A DNA stretch of 64,000 nucleotides from an uncultured Acidobacteriota bacterium (GCA_963712905.1 CAVQJU010000001.1:64652-128651); one strand, 5' to 3'; counted from the first letter of the stretch, positions 1-13,816 are shown. Notes: generated by a model not told the origin, from the letters alone. Numbers and translations are program-made.

Positions 1-1682
1 TGCACGTCTTCGTCAAGCCGCACCTCTACCTCAACTCGCCCGCCGACCTCAATCGCAACGGGGGCCGTGGGCGCGAGAACGGGGTGACGCGGCGAGCCAG
101 GGTCTGGCTGGGCCCGCCTCGCAGCGGCGCGCGGCAGACCGCGTCGAAGGTGCTCCAGGCGGACGGCGTGCCCGACGAAGACATCGAGACGATCGGGACG
201 AAGCTCAACGACGATCTCAACTGGAACAAAGCGTCGAACTGTCTGCTCGCCAAGGGCGACCAGGCCCTGGTGGCCTACTTCCGGGTGATGGCCGTGCCCA
301 AGCGTGCGCAGCCGTCCAGGCCCGACGACGAAGGCCGGCGTCCGCGATCGATATGTCCGCCCTTCGGCTCGGAAGCGCCGCCGCTATCGGTTGACGATCT
401 GCTGGAGGCCGACTCCCAGATCATGCCGCTGCCGCAGGCGCTGATCGATCGGCTGACCGAAGACAAGCTCTACGTGCCGACCACGATCGATCTCGGGACC
501 TACCGTGAGTTGAAGCGCGGCGTGCCCACGATCGGCATCCCGACCGTGCTGCTGACAAGTCTTCCCGACGACGACACCGCGGCCGCGACGGTGAAGGCGC
601 TGATTGGAGAGATCGAGCGTGGGAAGGGCCAGATCGAGGATCACATCGAGGACGTCGAGCTCGATCAACTCGGCCGGCGCGAGTCGCTCCACGGAATCGA
701 GACTCACCAGGGCGCGAAGAAACATCTCGCGGCCGGCAACCCGACGGTGCTGTGGGCCGGCCTGTTCGCGCTCGGCCTGGCGGTCGCCCATGCACGGCGC
801 AACCCGGGATCGTTCCGGAGGGGCCTGGCGGCCCGCTCGTACCTGCTCGTGCTGAGCGGGTCGCTGACCGGCGTGTGGCTGATGCTCAGCCTCGCGATGA
901 TGCGCGCGGAAGGCCACCTCAATCCGAAATTCCGGACTCTCGGCGCGTCGTTCCGCCACACGTTCCAGATCGTCGCGCGGATGAGCGACGACCGGCTGAT
1001 GACCCCCGAAGGCGAAATCTGGCGCTGGCTCGGCCTGCTGTTGTTCCCGATCATCCTGGGGTGGCTGTTCTCCGACGTTATCAAGGACGCCTTCAGGCTG
1101 TCGGCCGTGAAGCTGGCGCACGTCATTCGGCGCGCCCAGGTGAGCCAGGCGCCGTCGGTGGTCATCACGACCGCGAAGTGCCTTCAACGAATCATCAAGG
1201 GGCTCTTCGGACCACCGCCATCGCCCGGATCGCTGGTGTTCCTCAACTGGAACTGCCGAGCCGAGCAGATCGCCAACGCGTTGCGGAACGACGATCGGCT
1301 GCCGGACGGCCAGGTCGTGGTCGTTGGCCCGTCGGGATCGGGGCCGCAGAATGGCGGCGCGGCCGGCGATTTCAGGTTCGTCGAAGGCGATCCGGCTTCG
1401 AGGGCCGCGATGGAACAGGCAGGCGTGCTCGACGCCAACGCGGTCACGATCGTCTCGGCCTGGACGCCCGCGGATCCGCTCGACCGGAGGCGGCACGTCG
1501 ATCCCGAATTTGCCGACGCGAAGACGCTCCTGGCGCTGCTGGCGATTCGCGCGCTGTGCGAGGACGGCGACCGGTCGCGCGTGCTGCCGATTACCGCCGA
1601 ATTCCGGCTCGCGCGGAATCACCAGGAGGCGAAAAACGCCGTGCAGGGAGGCAAGCTGGCGCTGACGTGCGTCGCGGTCTGA
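1..1682 (+). CDS. Membrane protein with TAXI-like solute-binding domain and C-terminal RCK/TrkA-N-like domain (5' end outside window)
   Basis: The frame of ORF 84..1682 stays open back to base 3, so the gene probably starts upstream. The N-part resembles TAXI/TRAP solute receptors (RVWLGPPRSGARQTA, VPTIGIPTVLLTSLPDDD). Three hydrophobic helices follow. The C-part has Rossmann-like VVVVGPSGSG ... FVEGDPASRAAMEQAGVLDANAVTIV, as in TrkA-N. Assignment is from motif memory only. Confidence 0.5.
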   Translation, partial: HVFVKPHLYLNSPADLNRNGGRGRENGVTRRARVWLGPPRSGARQTASKVLQADGVPDEDIETIGTKLNDDLNWNKASNCLLAKGDQALVAYFRVMAVPKRAQPSRPDDEGRRPRSICPPFGSEAPPLSVDDLLEADSQIMPLPQALIDRLTEDKLYVPTTIDLGTYRELKRGVPTIGIPTVLLTSLPDDDTAAATVKALIGEIERGKGQIEDHIEDVELDQLGRRESLHGIETHQGAKKHLAAGNPTVLWAGLFALGLAVAHARRNPGSFRRGLAARSYLLVLSGSLTGVWLMLSLAMMRAEGHLNPKFRTLGASFRHTFQIVARMSDDRLMTPEGEIWRWLGLLLFPIILGWLFSDVIKDAFRLSAVKLAHVIRRAQVSQAPSVVITTAKCLQRIIKGLFGPPPSPGSLVFLNWNCRAEQIANALRNDDRLPDGQVVVVGPSGSGPQNGGAAGDFRFVEGDPASRAAMEQAGVLDANAVTIVSAWTPADPLDRRRHVDPEFADAKTLLALLAIRALCEDGDRSRVLPITAEFRLARNHQEAKNAVQGGKLALTCVAV

Positions 1683-1687
1683 AAGCA

Positions 1688-1841
1688 GGGCGGGTAGGTC
1701 GGGCAGGTCGGGTAGGTCGGGTAGGTCAGGTAGGTCTGGTGGGTCGGGCAGGCGAGGCGAGTAGCGCGGCGTATGCCCGCGCTGGTTAACCTGCCCACCA
1801 GGCCCACCTGACCCACCTGACCCACCTGACCCACCTGACCT
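1688..1841. repeat. Imperfect long hairpin with tandem-repeat arms, sited between convergent genes
   Basis: The left arm holds about 6 tandem 9-mers (GGTAGGTCG/GGCAGGTCG type). The right arm holds about 5 tandem 9-mers of the near-complement (CCACCTGAC). The core contains a perfect 7-bp hairpin, AGCGCGG-cgtatgc-CCGCGCT. It lies between the stop codons of ORF 84..1682 (+) and 1845..2720 (-). Confidence 0.8.
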
Positions 1842-1844
1842 GTG

Positions 1845-2720
1845 TTAGGCGAGCGCTTTTCCGAACAGAACCAGCAGGCGGCTCCACGCCTTTTCGGCCT
1901 GCGCCTGGTTGTACACCTGCGAATCGGGCGGGCACCAGCCGTGCGCCGCGCCCGCGTACACTTCGATCTCCGCCGGCAGTTTGGCCTTCGCGTACGTCTC
2001 CCGCAGGACGTTCTTGGCTTCCGGATCGCGCATGTCGTCGTTCTCGGCGACCGCGAACAGGAACTGCGCCTTCATCTGCGGGACGAGCAGGTGCGGGCTG
2101 TCTGCCGCCTGCGTCACCAGCCCGCCGCCGTGGAATGACGCGCCGGCGCCGATGCGGTCGGGAACCGCCGCAGCCGTCCTCATGACGATCGGCCCGCCCA
2201 TGCAGTAGCCGGTGGTCCCGATCTTGCGCGTCTTGCTGACAGAGGGCTGCGTGTCGAGCCAGGCCACGAACGCCTTCGCGTCCGCCATGTGCGTCGTCGC
2301 ATTCAGCGCCTGCGCGAGCGGCATCACCGAGTTGCGCACCGCCTCGTTCGCGAAGCTGGCGCCTTCGGGCACGACGGGCGCCTTCTTCCCGCGGTAGAAC
2401 GGGTTCACCACGAGAACCGAGTAGCCGGCTTCGGCGAGCCGCTTGCCCATCTGCCGGAACGCGGGCCGCAGGCCGAGGATGTCGGGCCACACCACCACGC
2501 CCGCGTGCGCACCCGCTGACGGGTGGACGAAGTAGCAATCGGCGGTGCCGTCCGGCGTCTTGATGTTGACCTCGGCGTCCGCGACGTCAAGCGCGTCAGC
2601 CGAGCGCGGCAGCAGCATGGCCATGCCGATGCCGATCGACACGGCGCCGAACTGGCGACGGCTCAGTTCCGGCCGGAGGTACTTCGCAAGATCGTCTTCG
2701 TAATGGTCCTGATCGCACAT
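1845..2720 (-). CDS. Dienelactone hydrolase family protein
   Basis: The 291-aa ORF has the typical DLH layout: GVVVWPDILGLRP, nucleophile-elbow-like GTTGYCMGG, GASFHGG and a C-terminal AAHGW. Confidence 0.9.
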   Translation of the reverse strand: MCDQDHYEDDLAKYLRPELSRRQFGAVSIGIGMAMLLPRSADALDVADAEVNIKTPDGTADCYFVHPSAGAHAGVVVWPDILGLRPAFRQMGKRLAEAGYSVLVVNPFYRGKKAPVVPEGASFANEAVRNSVMPLAQALNATTHMADAKAFVAWLDTQPSVSKTRKIGTTGYCMGGPIVMRTAAAVPDRIGAGASFHGGGLVTQAADSPHLLVPQMKAQFLFAVAENDDMRDPEAKNVLRETYAKAKLPAEIEVYAGAAHGWCPPDSQVYNQAQAEKAWSRLLVLFGKALA

Positions 2721-2815
2721 GGCTCGCTCTCCTTGCTGGCCGGCGAGCCGGAGCGTCCGGCCGCCGTTCCGACCGCCACACTATACATGGTGGAGTCGGA
2801 ATGGCGTCAGCGTGC

Positions 2816-2884
2816 TTGAACGCAGAGATCGCCGAGATCGCAGAAATATCCTTCCTCTGTGTTCTTTGCGATCTCTGCGTTCAA
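2816..2884 (-). terminator. 17-bp perfect inverted repeat (terminator-like hairpin without U-tract) downstream of the CMD gene
   Basis: TTGAACGCAGAGATCGC (2816-2832) pairs perfectly with GCGATCTCTGCGTTCAA (2868-2884), with a 35-nt spacer. It sits 14 nt after the stop of 2898..3371 (-). No T-run follows, so the terminator role is uncertain. Confidence 0.45.
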
Positions 2885-2897
2885 CGTCTGAACTCAG

Positions 2898-3371
2898 CTA
2901 CCGTGCCGCTGCCGCTGCGGCCGCGGGCTGGTAAGCGCCGACCGGCGGCCGGAACGCGATCGACAGCCGGTTCCAGCAGTTGATGACGACGACGCCGAAG
3001 GTGAGCGCAACGAGCTCGGGCTCGCTGAACTGGGCCGAGACGCGCTGGAAGACATCGTCAGGCACGTGCGAATCGCTGACGAGGGTCACGGCCTCCGTCC
3101 ACTCGAGCGCGGCGCGCTCGCGGTCGGTGTAGAACGGGGTTTCGCGCCAGGCGTTGAGCCCGTAGAGGCGCTGCTCGGTTTCGCCGGCGTGCCGGGCGTC
3201 CTTGGTGTGCATGTCGATGCAGTAGGCGCAGCCGTTGATCTGCGACGCCCGGGTCTTCACGAGCTCGAAGAGCCTGGGGTCGAGCTTCGCGGTGGCTTCG
3301 CTCGAGAGCGCGAACATCGCCTTGCCGAGGCCCGAGTTCAGGTATTTGCTGATGTCGATTCTGGTGCTCAT
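2898..3371 (-). CDS. Carboxymuconolactone decarboxylase (AhpD-like) family protein
   Basis: The CMD-family core ELVKTRASQINGCAYCIDMHTKDA carries the CxxC-like motif. I chose the ATG at 3371 because it is preceded by GAGAGGAG; the track ORF starts 6 nt earlier at a TTG. Confidence 0.9.
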   Translation of the reverse strand: MSTRIDISKYLNSGLGKAMFALSSEATAKLDPRLFELVKTRASQINGCAYCIDMHTKDARHAGETEQRLYGLNAWRETPFYTDRERAALEWTEAVTLVSDSHVPDDVFQRVSAQFSEPELVALTFGVVVINCWNRLSIAFRPPVGAYQPAAAAAAAR

Positions 3372-3404
3372 GTGCAATCTCCTCTCATGTGGGTTCAGTG
3401 TTTA

Positions 3405-3430
3405 GACGCGCGAGAGGGTTGTCTGTGACT
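3405..3430 (-). promoter_or_regulatory. Candidate ECF41-type promoter upstream of the CMD gene
   Basis: The minus strand reads AGTCACA-N15-CGTC in the 67-nt gap between the sigma gene stop and the CMD start. The ECF41 target motif as I recall it is TGTCACA-N16-CGTC. Confidence 0.5.
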
Positions 3431-3444
3431 GGCGCCCTGGTTTG

Positions 3445-4386
3445 CTATCTCAGCTTGTCGGGATTGACGACGGCGTAAACGGCGTGGATGTGCTCGCCGT
3501 CGGTGGCGATCGAGATCGTCGCCGTCAGGCGGCCGCCGTCGCGCATGCACAGCGCGGTTTCGCCGTTGACGGTTTCGACATGCAGCGTGCGGTTCGCGGC
3601 CCAGAATTTCTCGCGCAGGCCGATGACGAGGTGGGCGATGCGATCGGCGCCGACGATCGGGTGCAGCCCAGCGGCCGTCCGGCCGCCGCCGTCAGCGGTC
3701 CACGTCGCGTCCTGCGCGAAGAGGGCCAGCAGCGCCTGCTCGTTGCGCGCCTCCATCGCCGCGACGAATTTCTGCAGCATGGCGGCCTTCGCCGATTCGG
3801 TCACCTCGAATCGCTTGCGATCGCTGCGCACGCGCTCGCGGGCGCGGTGCACCACCTGGCGGCACGCCGACTCGCTCTTCTCGAGCACCGACGCGATCTC
3901 GCCATAGCCGACGTCGAAAATGTCGTGCAGCAGGAAGGCGGCTCGCTCCTCCGGAGCGAGGCGCTCGAGGATGGTCAGGAACGCCATCGACAGATCGTCG
4001 GCGAGGTCGAGGTTTCGATCGGGCTGATCGTGCGTCACGATCGGTTCGGGCAGCCACTGACCGACATACGCCTCCCTCTCGGTCTTCAGCCGCCGCAGCC
4101 GATCGATGGCCAGCCGGCCCGTCGTCGTCACCAGCCACGCGTCCGGGTTCTCGATGGTGCGCTGCTGAGCCTGGTGCCAGCGGACATACGCCTCCTGGAC
4201 GATATCCTCGGCGTCGGCGCGCGAGCCGGTCATGCGATACGCGAGGCCGAAGAGGCGTCCGCGGAGCGATTCGAAGACCGTTACCGGAACCTGGGCGGCA
4301 TCCACATCCCTATTCTCCGGTACGAAGACGGATGATGGGAGGGGTTGTGACACAATGGCGGCGCTAATCGACGAGGTGCCGCACAA
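3445..4386 (-). CDS. ECF sigma factor, group ECF41 (SigJ-like, fused SnoaL-like C-terminal domain)
   Basis: Sigma-70 regions 2 and 4 are present (LFGLAYRMTGSRADAEDIVQEAYVRW; ERAAFLLHDIFDVGYGEIASVLEKSESACRQVVHRAR). ECF41 signature motifs WLPEP, DGGGR and C-terminal NPDKL are also present. The true start is probably downstream of 4386, because the track start abuts the divergent gene at 4390. Confidence 0.85.
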   Translation of the reverse strand: MCGTSSISAAIVSQPLPSSVFVPENRDVDAAQVPVTVFESLRGRLFGLAYRMTGSRADAEDIVQEAYVRWHQAQQRTIENPDAWLVTTTGRLAIDRLRRLKTEREAYVGQWLPEPIVTHDQPDRNLDLADDLSMAFLTILERLAPEERAAFLLHDIFDVGYGEIASVLEKSESACRQVVHRARERVRSDRKRFEVTESAKAAMLQKFVAAMEARNEQALLALFAQDATWTADGGGRTAAGLHPIVGADRIAHLVIGLREKFWAANRTLHVETVNGETALCMRDGGRLTATISIATDGEHIHAVYAVVNPDKLR

Positions 4387-4389
4387 GCC

Positions 4390-5244
4390 ATGAGAGAACT
4401 CATCCTGATCACCCTGCAGGTGAGCATCATGTGCACGGTGTTCGGATTTGGCCTGGCGGCGTCAGCGGCAGATCTACTGTATCTGGCGCGCCGGCCGGGA
4501 CTCCTCGCGCGCTCGCTCCTGGCGGTCTTCGTGATCATGCCCATTTTCACGCTGGGCCTGGTTCGTCTGGTGGAATTCCCGCTCACGACGGAGACGGTTC
4601 TGCTCGCGCTTTCGATGTCGGCGGTGCCGCCGCTGCTGCCGATGAAACAGGACAAGGCCGGAGGAAACGCTTCCTACGGCCTGGGACTCATGGTCGTTCT
4701 CTCGTTCGCCTCGATGGCGGCCATCCCCGTCGTCGTGGCCATCATGGAGCGCTTTTTCGAACGGCCGATTGTCGTGGCGCCGGCCGCCATCGCGGGTGTC
4801 GTGATGAAGTCCACGCTCGCTCCGCTTGCAGCCGGCCTCGGCATCCGGGCCATCTGGCCGGCGGTCGCGAGCTGGCTGAAAAAGCCAGTTGGCGTGGTCA
4901 GCAATGTCCTCCTGCCGCTGGCTGTCGTCGCGCTGGTGGTGGGCGGGTTTTCCGAGATCTGGGCCGCAGTGGGGAACGGGACCGTGCTGGCGATCGTCAT
5001 CTTCACGGTCGCCGGGCTGGCGATCGGTCACGTGCTGGGCGGACCCGATCCCGATCACTCCGCCGTGCTGGCGCTCTCGACGGCGTGCCGTCACCCGGCG
5101 ATGGCCCTGGCCATTGCCACCACCGCGATTCCCGACCAACGGTTCGGCGCCACGATCCTGCTGTATCTGCTCGTCAACATCCTCGCCGGCCTGCCCTATA
5201 TCGTGTGGCAACGTCGGCGCACCGCGGCGCCGTCCGGCGCCTGA
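4390..5244 (+). CDS. Bile acid:Na+ symporter (BASS/SBF-like) family membrane transporter
   Basis: A 284-aa polytopic hydrophobic protein whose length and helix pattern resemble SBF-like transporters. The family call is tentative. Confidence 0.6.
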   Translation: MRELILITLQVSIMCTVFGFGLAASAADLLYLARRPGLLARSLLAVFVIMPIFTLGLVRLVEFPLTTETVLLALSMSAVPPLLPMKQDKAGGNASYGLGLMVVLSFASMAAIPVVVAIMERFFERPIVVAPAAIAGVVMKSTLAPLAAGLGIRAIWPAVASWLKKPVGVVSNVLLPLAVVALVVGGFSEIWAAVGNGTVLAIVIFTVAGLAIGHVLGGPDPDHSAVLALSTACRHPAMALAIATTAIPDQRFGATILLYLLVNILAGLPYIVWQRRRTAAPSGA

Positions 5245-5392
5245 CCGCAAGCCGGGGCCTCCGGCATTTCGGACGCGCTCCGACTGCGCGGAGAGATTGG
5301 CCGTGGACTGCGACGTTTTGCCCGGTGTTCGAGGGGCATATACTTTGCCTCACTCGCCGTACCGCCCGGAAACTGTGCACAGGGGGTTAGAA

Positions 5393-7009
5393 ATGACGTC
5401 TGAAAATTCGGACCGCGATGGTGTCGTCCCGTCCGAACAGGAACTTCAGGTCGCCGACGTTCCGGAGGGCGTGGATCGCCGGGCCTTCATGATGCGCAGC
5501 GCCCTCGTCGGCGCGGTGGCGGTCCTCAACGGTTGTTCCCCTGCCACGCCGGCGCAGCAGGCAGCCGCGCCTCCACCGGCGCCGCCCGCGGTGCCGGCCA
5601 GCAAGCTGTCGCCCGAGCTCGACGTCGTCAAGAAGGCGAAGGCGCCCGTGATGACGACGCTCGAGGAGTTCTACAAGGTCGGTCCCGGGCCCTCGAGCTC
5701 GCACACGATTGGCCCGATGCGTATCACCTACGACTTCTATCAGCGCTGCACGAAGCTGCCCGCCGATCAGCTCGCGAAGGTGACCGGATTGAAAGTGCAC
5801 CTGTATGGAAGCTTGAGCGCCACGGGCAAAGGGCACGGCACCGAACGGGCCTCGCTCGCCGGAGTGATCGGCAAGGAGCCCGCGACCGTGGAGCCGGAGT
5901 TTCTCGACGGGCTCGCCGCCAATCCGGATCAGAGCTTCCCCGTGAAGCTGGGAGACAAGACGTTCAACGTCTCGTTGAAGGACATCATCTACGACGCGCC
6001 CAAAGGCGAGTTCCCGCACCCGAACACCATGACGTGCAAGCTGATGGCCGGGGACGCCGTCGTCTACGAGCTCGAGTACTACTCGGTCGGCGGCGGGTTC
6101 ATCGAGTGGAAGGGCTATCAGCCGCCCAGGAAAGGCGCGCCGAAATACCCGTACGCGACGATGAAGGAGCTGCAGGCGCACGCGGAAAGCAACAAGCTGT
6201 CGGTCGCCCAGGTCGTGATGGCAAACGAGGTGGCGGTGTCCGGCAAGAGCGAGGCCGAGGTCACCGCCTTCATCGACAAGATTCACACCGCGATGGTCAA
6301 CATCGTCAAGGCCGGCCTCAAGGCGCCGCAGAGCACGCTGCCCGGCCCGATCAAGCTGAAGACGAAAGCCGGCGACGTGTACGCGCGCGCGATGGACGAC
6401 ACGTACGAGAAACAGCGCGGGCTCGGGGTCGTGGCGGCGTACGCGCTGGCAGGCTCGGAAGAGAACGCTCGCGGCCATCTCGTGGTCACCGCGCCCACCG
6501 GAGGTTCGGCCGGCGTCCTGCCGGCGCTGGTCTACATTCTCGGAGAGGGCGGCCGCAAGATGCCGCAGGCGAAGCTCAGGAACGGTTTCCTCGCCGCCGC
6601 GGCCATTGGCTACCTGTGCAAGCACAACGCGACGCTCTCGGGCGCCGAGGGCGGCTGCCAGGCGGAGATCGGCGTGGCCTCGGCGATGGGCGCCGCGTTC
6701 ATTGCGCAGGCCCACGACTTCAATCATCAGGTCGTCGCGAACGCGGCGGAGTCGTCGCTGCAGCACCATCTCGGCATGACCTGCGATCCGGTGGCCGGCT
6801 TCGTCCAGGTGCCCTGCATCGAACGGTGCGCGTTCGGCGCGGTCAAGGCGTGGACCGGCTTCATGATCGCGAGCAACGAGATCCCGGCGAATCGCCGGGT
6901 CGATTTCGACACCACCGTCGAAGCCATGGCGCTGACCGCGAAAGAGATGAACGCAAAGTACAAGGAGACGTCGGAAGGCGGGCTCGCCGTTTCTGTGGTG
7001 CTCTGTTGA
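5393..7009 (+). CDS. sdaA: L-serine ammonia-lyase (iron-sulfur, single-chain) with N-terminal Tat/lipoprotein-like signal
   Basis: The core FYKVGPGPSSSHTIGPMRI ... SLSATGKGHGT ... GGSAGVLPA ... TLSGAEGGCQAEIGVASAM is typical of SdaA. The ATG at 5393 is in frame with track ORF 4889..7009 and is preceded by AGGGGG. The N-terminus has DRRAFMMRSALVGAVAVLNGC followed by a Pro/Ala linker. Confidence 0.9.
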   Translation: MTSENSDRDGVVPSEQELQVADVPEGVDRRAFMMRSALVGAVAVLNGCSPATPAQQAAAPPPAPPAVPASKLSPELDVVKKAKAPVMTTLEEFYKVGPGPSSSHTIGPMRITYDFYQRCTKLPADQLAKVTGLKVHLYGSLSATGKGHGTERASLAGVIGKEPATVEPEFLDGLAANPDQSFPVKLGDKTFNVSLKDIIYDAPKGEFPHPNTMTCKLMAGDAVVYELEYYSVGGGFIEWKGYQPPRKGAPKYPYATMKELQAHAESNKLSVAQVVMANEVAVSGKSEAEVTAFIDKIHTAMVNIVKAGLKAPQSTLPGPIKLKTKAGDVYARAMDDTYEKQRGLGVVAAYALAGSEENARGHLVVTAPTGGSAGVLPALVYILGEGGRKMPQAKLRNGFLAAAAIGYLCKHNATLSGAEGGCQAEIGVASAMGAAFIAQAHDFNHQVVANAAESSLQHHLGMTCDPVAGFVQVPCIERCAFGAVKAWTGFMIASNEIPANRRVDFDTTVEAMALTAKEMNAKYKETSEGGLAVSVVLC

Positions 7010-7037
7010 AGACGGGCGGCGCATCGGCAAGCGCGTC

Positions 7038-7968
7038 ATGAGCCGCGAACCCGGAACCGGCAAGTACGAGCAGGTGCTGGCGAGATGCCAGAACCTCGCA
7101 CCCGTGCCCACGGCGGTGGCGCATCCGTGCGAGGAGACGGCGCTGTCCGGCGCGGTCGAGGCCGCCGCGAAGGGCCTGATCGCGCCCACCCTGGTCGGGC
7201 CGGCCGCAAAGATCCGCGAGATCGCGAAGCAGCACAACATCGATCTCGGGCAACTCCCGATCATCGATGTTCCCCACAGCCATGCCGCCGCCGCGAAGGC
7301 GGTGGAGCTCGTGCGCCAGGGCTCCGCCGAAATCCTCATGAAGGGGAGTCTGCACACCGACGAGCTGCTCAGCGCCGTGGTCGCGCGGGAAACCGGACTG
7401 CGCACGGGGCGGCGTATCAGCCACGTGTTCATCATGGACGTGCCCACTTATCACAAGGTGCTCGTGGTCACGGACGGCGCGATCAACCTGGCGCCGACGC
7501 TCGAGGACAAAGCCGACATCTGCCAGAACGCGATCGATCTCGCCATCTCGCTCGGAGTCGCCAGGCCGAAGGTGGCGATTCTCGCCGCGGTCGAAACGAT
7601 CAACTCCCGCATGCCGGCGACGATCGATGCGGCGGCGCTGTGCAAGATGGCCGATCGCGGGCAGATCAAAGGCGGCGTCCTGGACGGCCCGCTCGCGTTC
7701 GACAACGCGATCAGCAAGGACGCGGCGCGGATCAAGGGCATCGTGTCGGAGGTCGCGGGCGATCCGGATATTCTCCTGGCCCCGGATCTCGAGGCCGGCA
7801 ACATCCTGGCGAAGCAGCTCATCTTCCTGGCTAACGCTGAAAGCGCCGGTCTCGTGCTCGGCACGCGCGTTCCGATCATCCTGACCAGCCGCGCCGACAG
7901 TGTCCGGTCTCGGATCGCCAGCTGCGCGGTCGCCGCGCTCGTGGCTCACGCCCGCCGCGGATCCCGCA

Positions 7969-7976
<8 letters not shown>
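7038..7976 (+). CDS. pta: Phosphate acetyl/butyryl-transferase family protein (short Pta-like form)
   Basis: PTA_PTB-like sequence is present (AEILMKGSLHTDELL, VTDGAINLAPTLEDK, DGPLAFDNA, LLAPDLEAGNILAKQL). It overlaps the ackA start by 8 nt. Confidence 0.8.
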
Positions 7977-12816
<4,840 letters not shown>

Positions 12817-12820
<4 letters not shown>

Positions 12821-13798
12821 TGGATCTCAGCACGACCTATCTCGGGATGCGGCTGCCACACCCGCTGATTGTCGGCGCCGGACCGCTTTGCGACGAGCTC
12901 GACCGGGTGAAGGCGCTCGAGGATGCCGGCGCGGCCCTGCTGGTGCTGCGATCGCTCTACGAGGAAGAGATCACCGGCGAGCAGATGGACGACTTCTTCC
13001 ACTCCGAAAGCCACAGCGACTCGTTCGCCGAAGCAGAGACCTTCGCGCCCGGAACCCGAGATGGCGCTCGGGCCCGACGAATACCTCGAGCATCTGCGCC
13101 GGGTGAAGGCCGCCGTCCGCATTCCGGTGATGGCCTCGCTCAACGGCGTCACGCCCGGCGGATGGATCGACTACGCGCGCCTGCTCGAGCAGGCCGGCGC
13201 CGACGGGCTCGAGCTGCACATCTACCACGCCGCCAGCGACATGTCGTTGAGCGCGGCCGATGTCGAACGCCAGGCCATCGAGGTCGTGCGCGAGGTGAAG
13301 CGCAGCGTGCGGATTCCGGTCGCCATCAAGATGGCGCCGCTGCTGACTGCGTTCGCGCATTTCGCCGGCCAGCTGGACAAGGCCGGCGCCGACGGGCTGG
13401 TCATGTTCACCCGCTTCCACCGGATCGACATCGACGTCACGGAGCTCGAAGTGATCCGTTCGCTGCCGTTGTCCGATTCGTCGGAGCTGCCGATGCGCCT
13501 CCGCGGCGCGGCCGCGCTGGCCGGGCGCGTCAAGGCCTCGATCGCGCTCACCGGCGGCGTCCACACCGGCCTCGACGTCATCAAGGGGACGATGGCCGGC
13601 GCGCACGCGACGCAGCTGGTGTCCGCGCTCCTTCGCCACGGTCCCGACTACCTGCGCACGGTCCGCCGCGAGGTCGAAGCGTGGATGCAGGAGAACGAGT
13701 GGAATTCGCTCGGCGAGATGCGCGGCAACATGAGCCTGGAGCGAATCCCGGATCCGGCCGCGTACGAGCGGGCGAACTTCCGCATGGCGCTGCGCTGA
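12817..13798 (+). pseudogene. Dihydroorotate dehydrogenase-like (PyrD-fold) protein adjacent to PFOR, one frameshift
   Basis: The N-terminus MDLSTTYLGMRLPHPLIVGAGP sits in ORF 12817... The rest (IPVMASLNG ... IPVAIKMAP ... ALTGGVHTGLDVIK) sits in ORF 12923..13798. A +1 shift lies near 13052. The start overlaps the PFOR stop (GTGATG). Confidence 0.75.
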
Positions 13799-13816
13799 AC
13801 GGCGCCAGGCTCCGAC

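Noticed and set aside
1688-1841. Tandem repeats considered as a CRISPR array (also 17127, 44369, 62714)
   Set aside because: The units are only 7-9 nt and directly abutting, with no unique spacers. The arrays occur as inverted pairs, and no cas genes are in the window.
5387-7447. 686-aa ORF on the minus strand, antisense to sdaA and pta
   Set aside because: This is a typical high-GC shadow ORF. It is Arg/Ala/Gly/Pro-rich with no recognisable domain, and it lies exactly antisense to two genes with strong family signatures.
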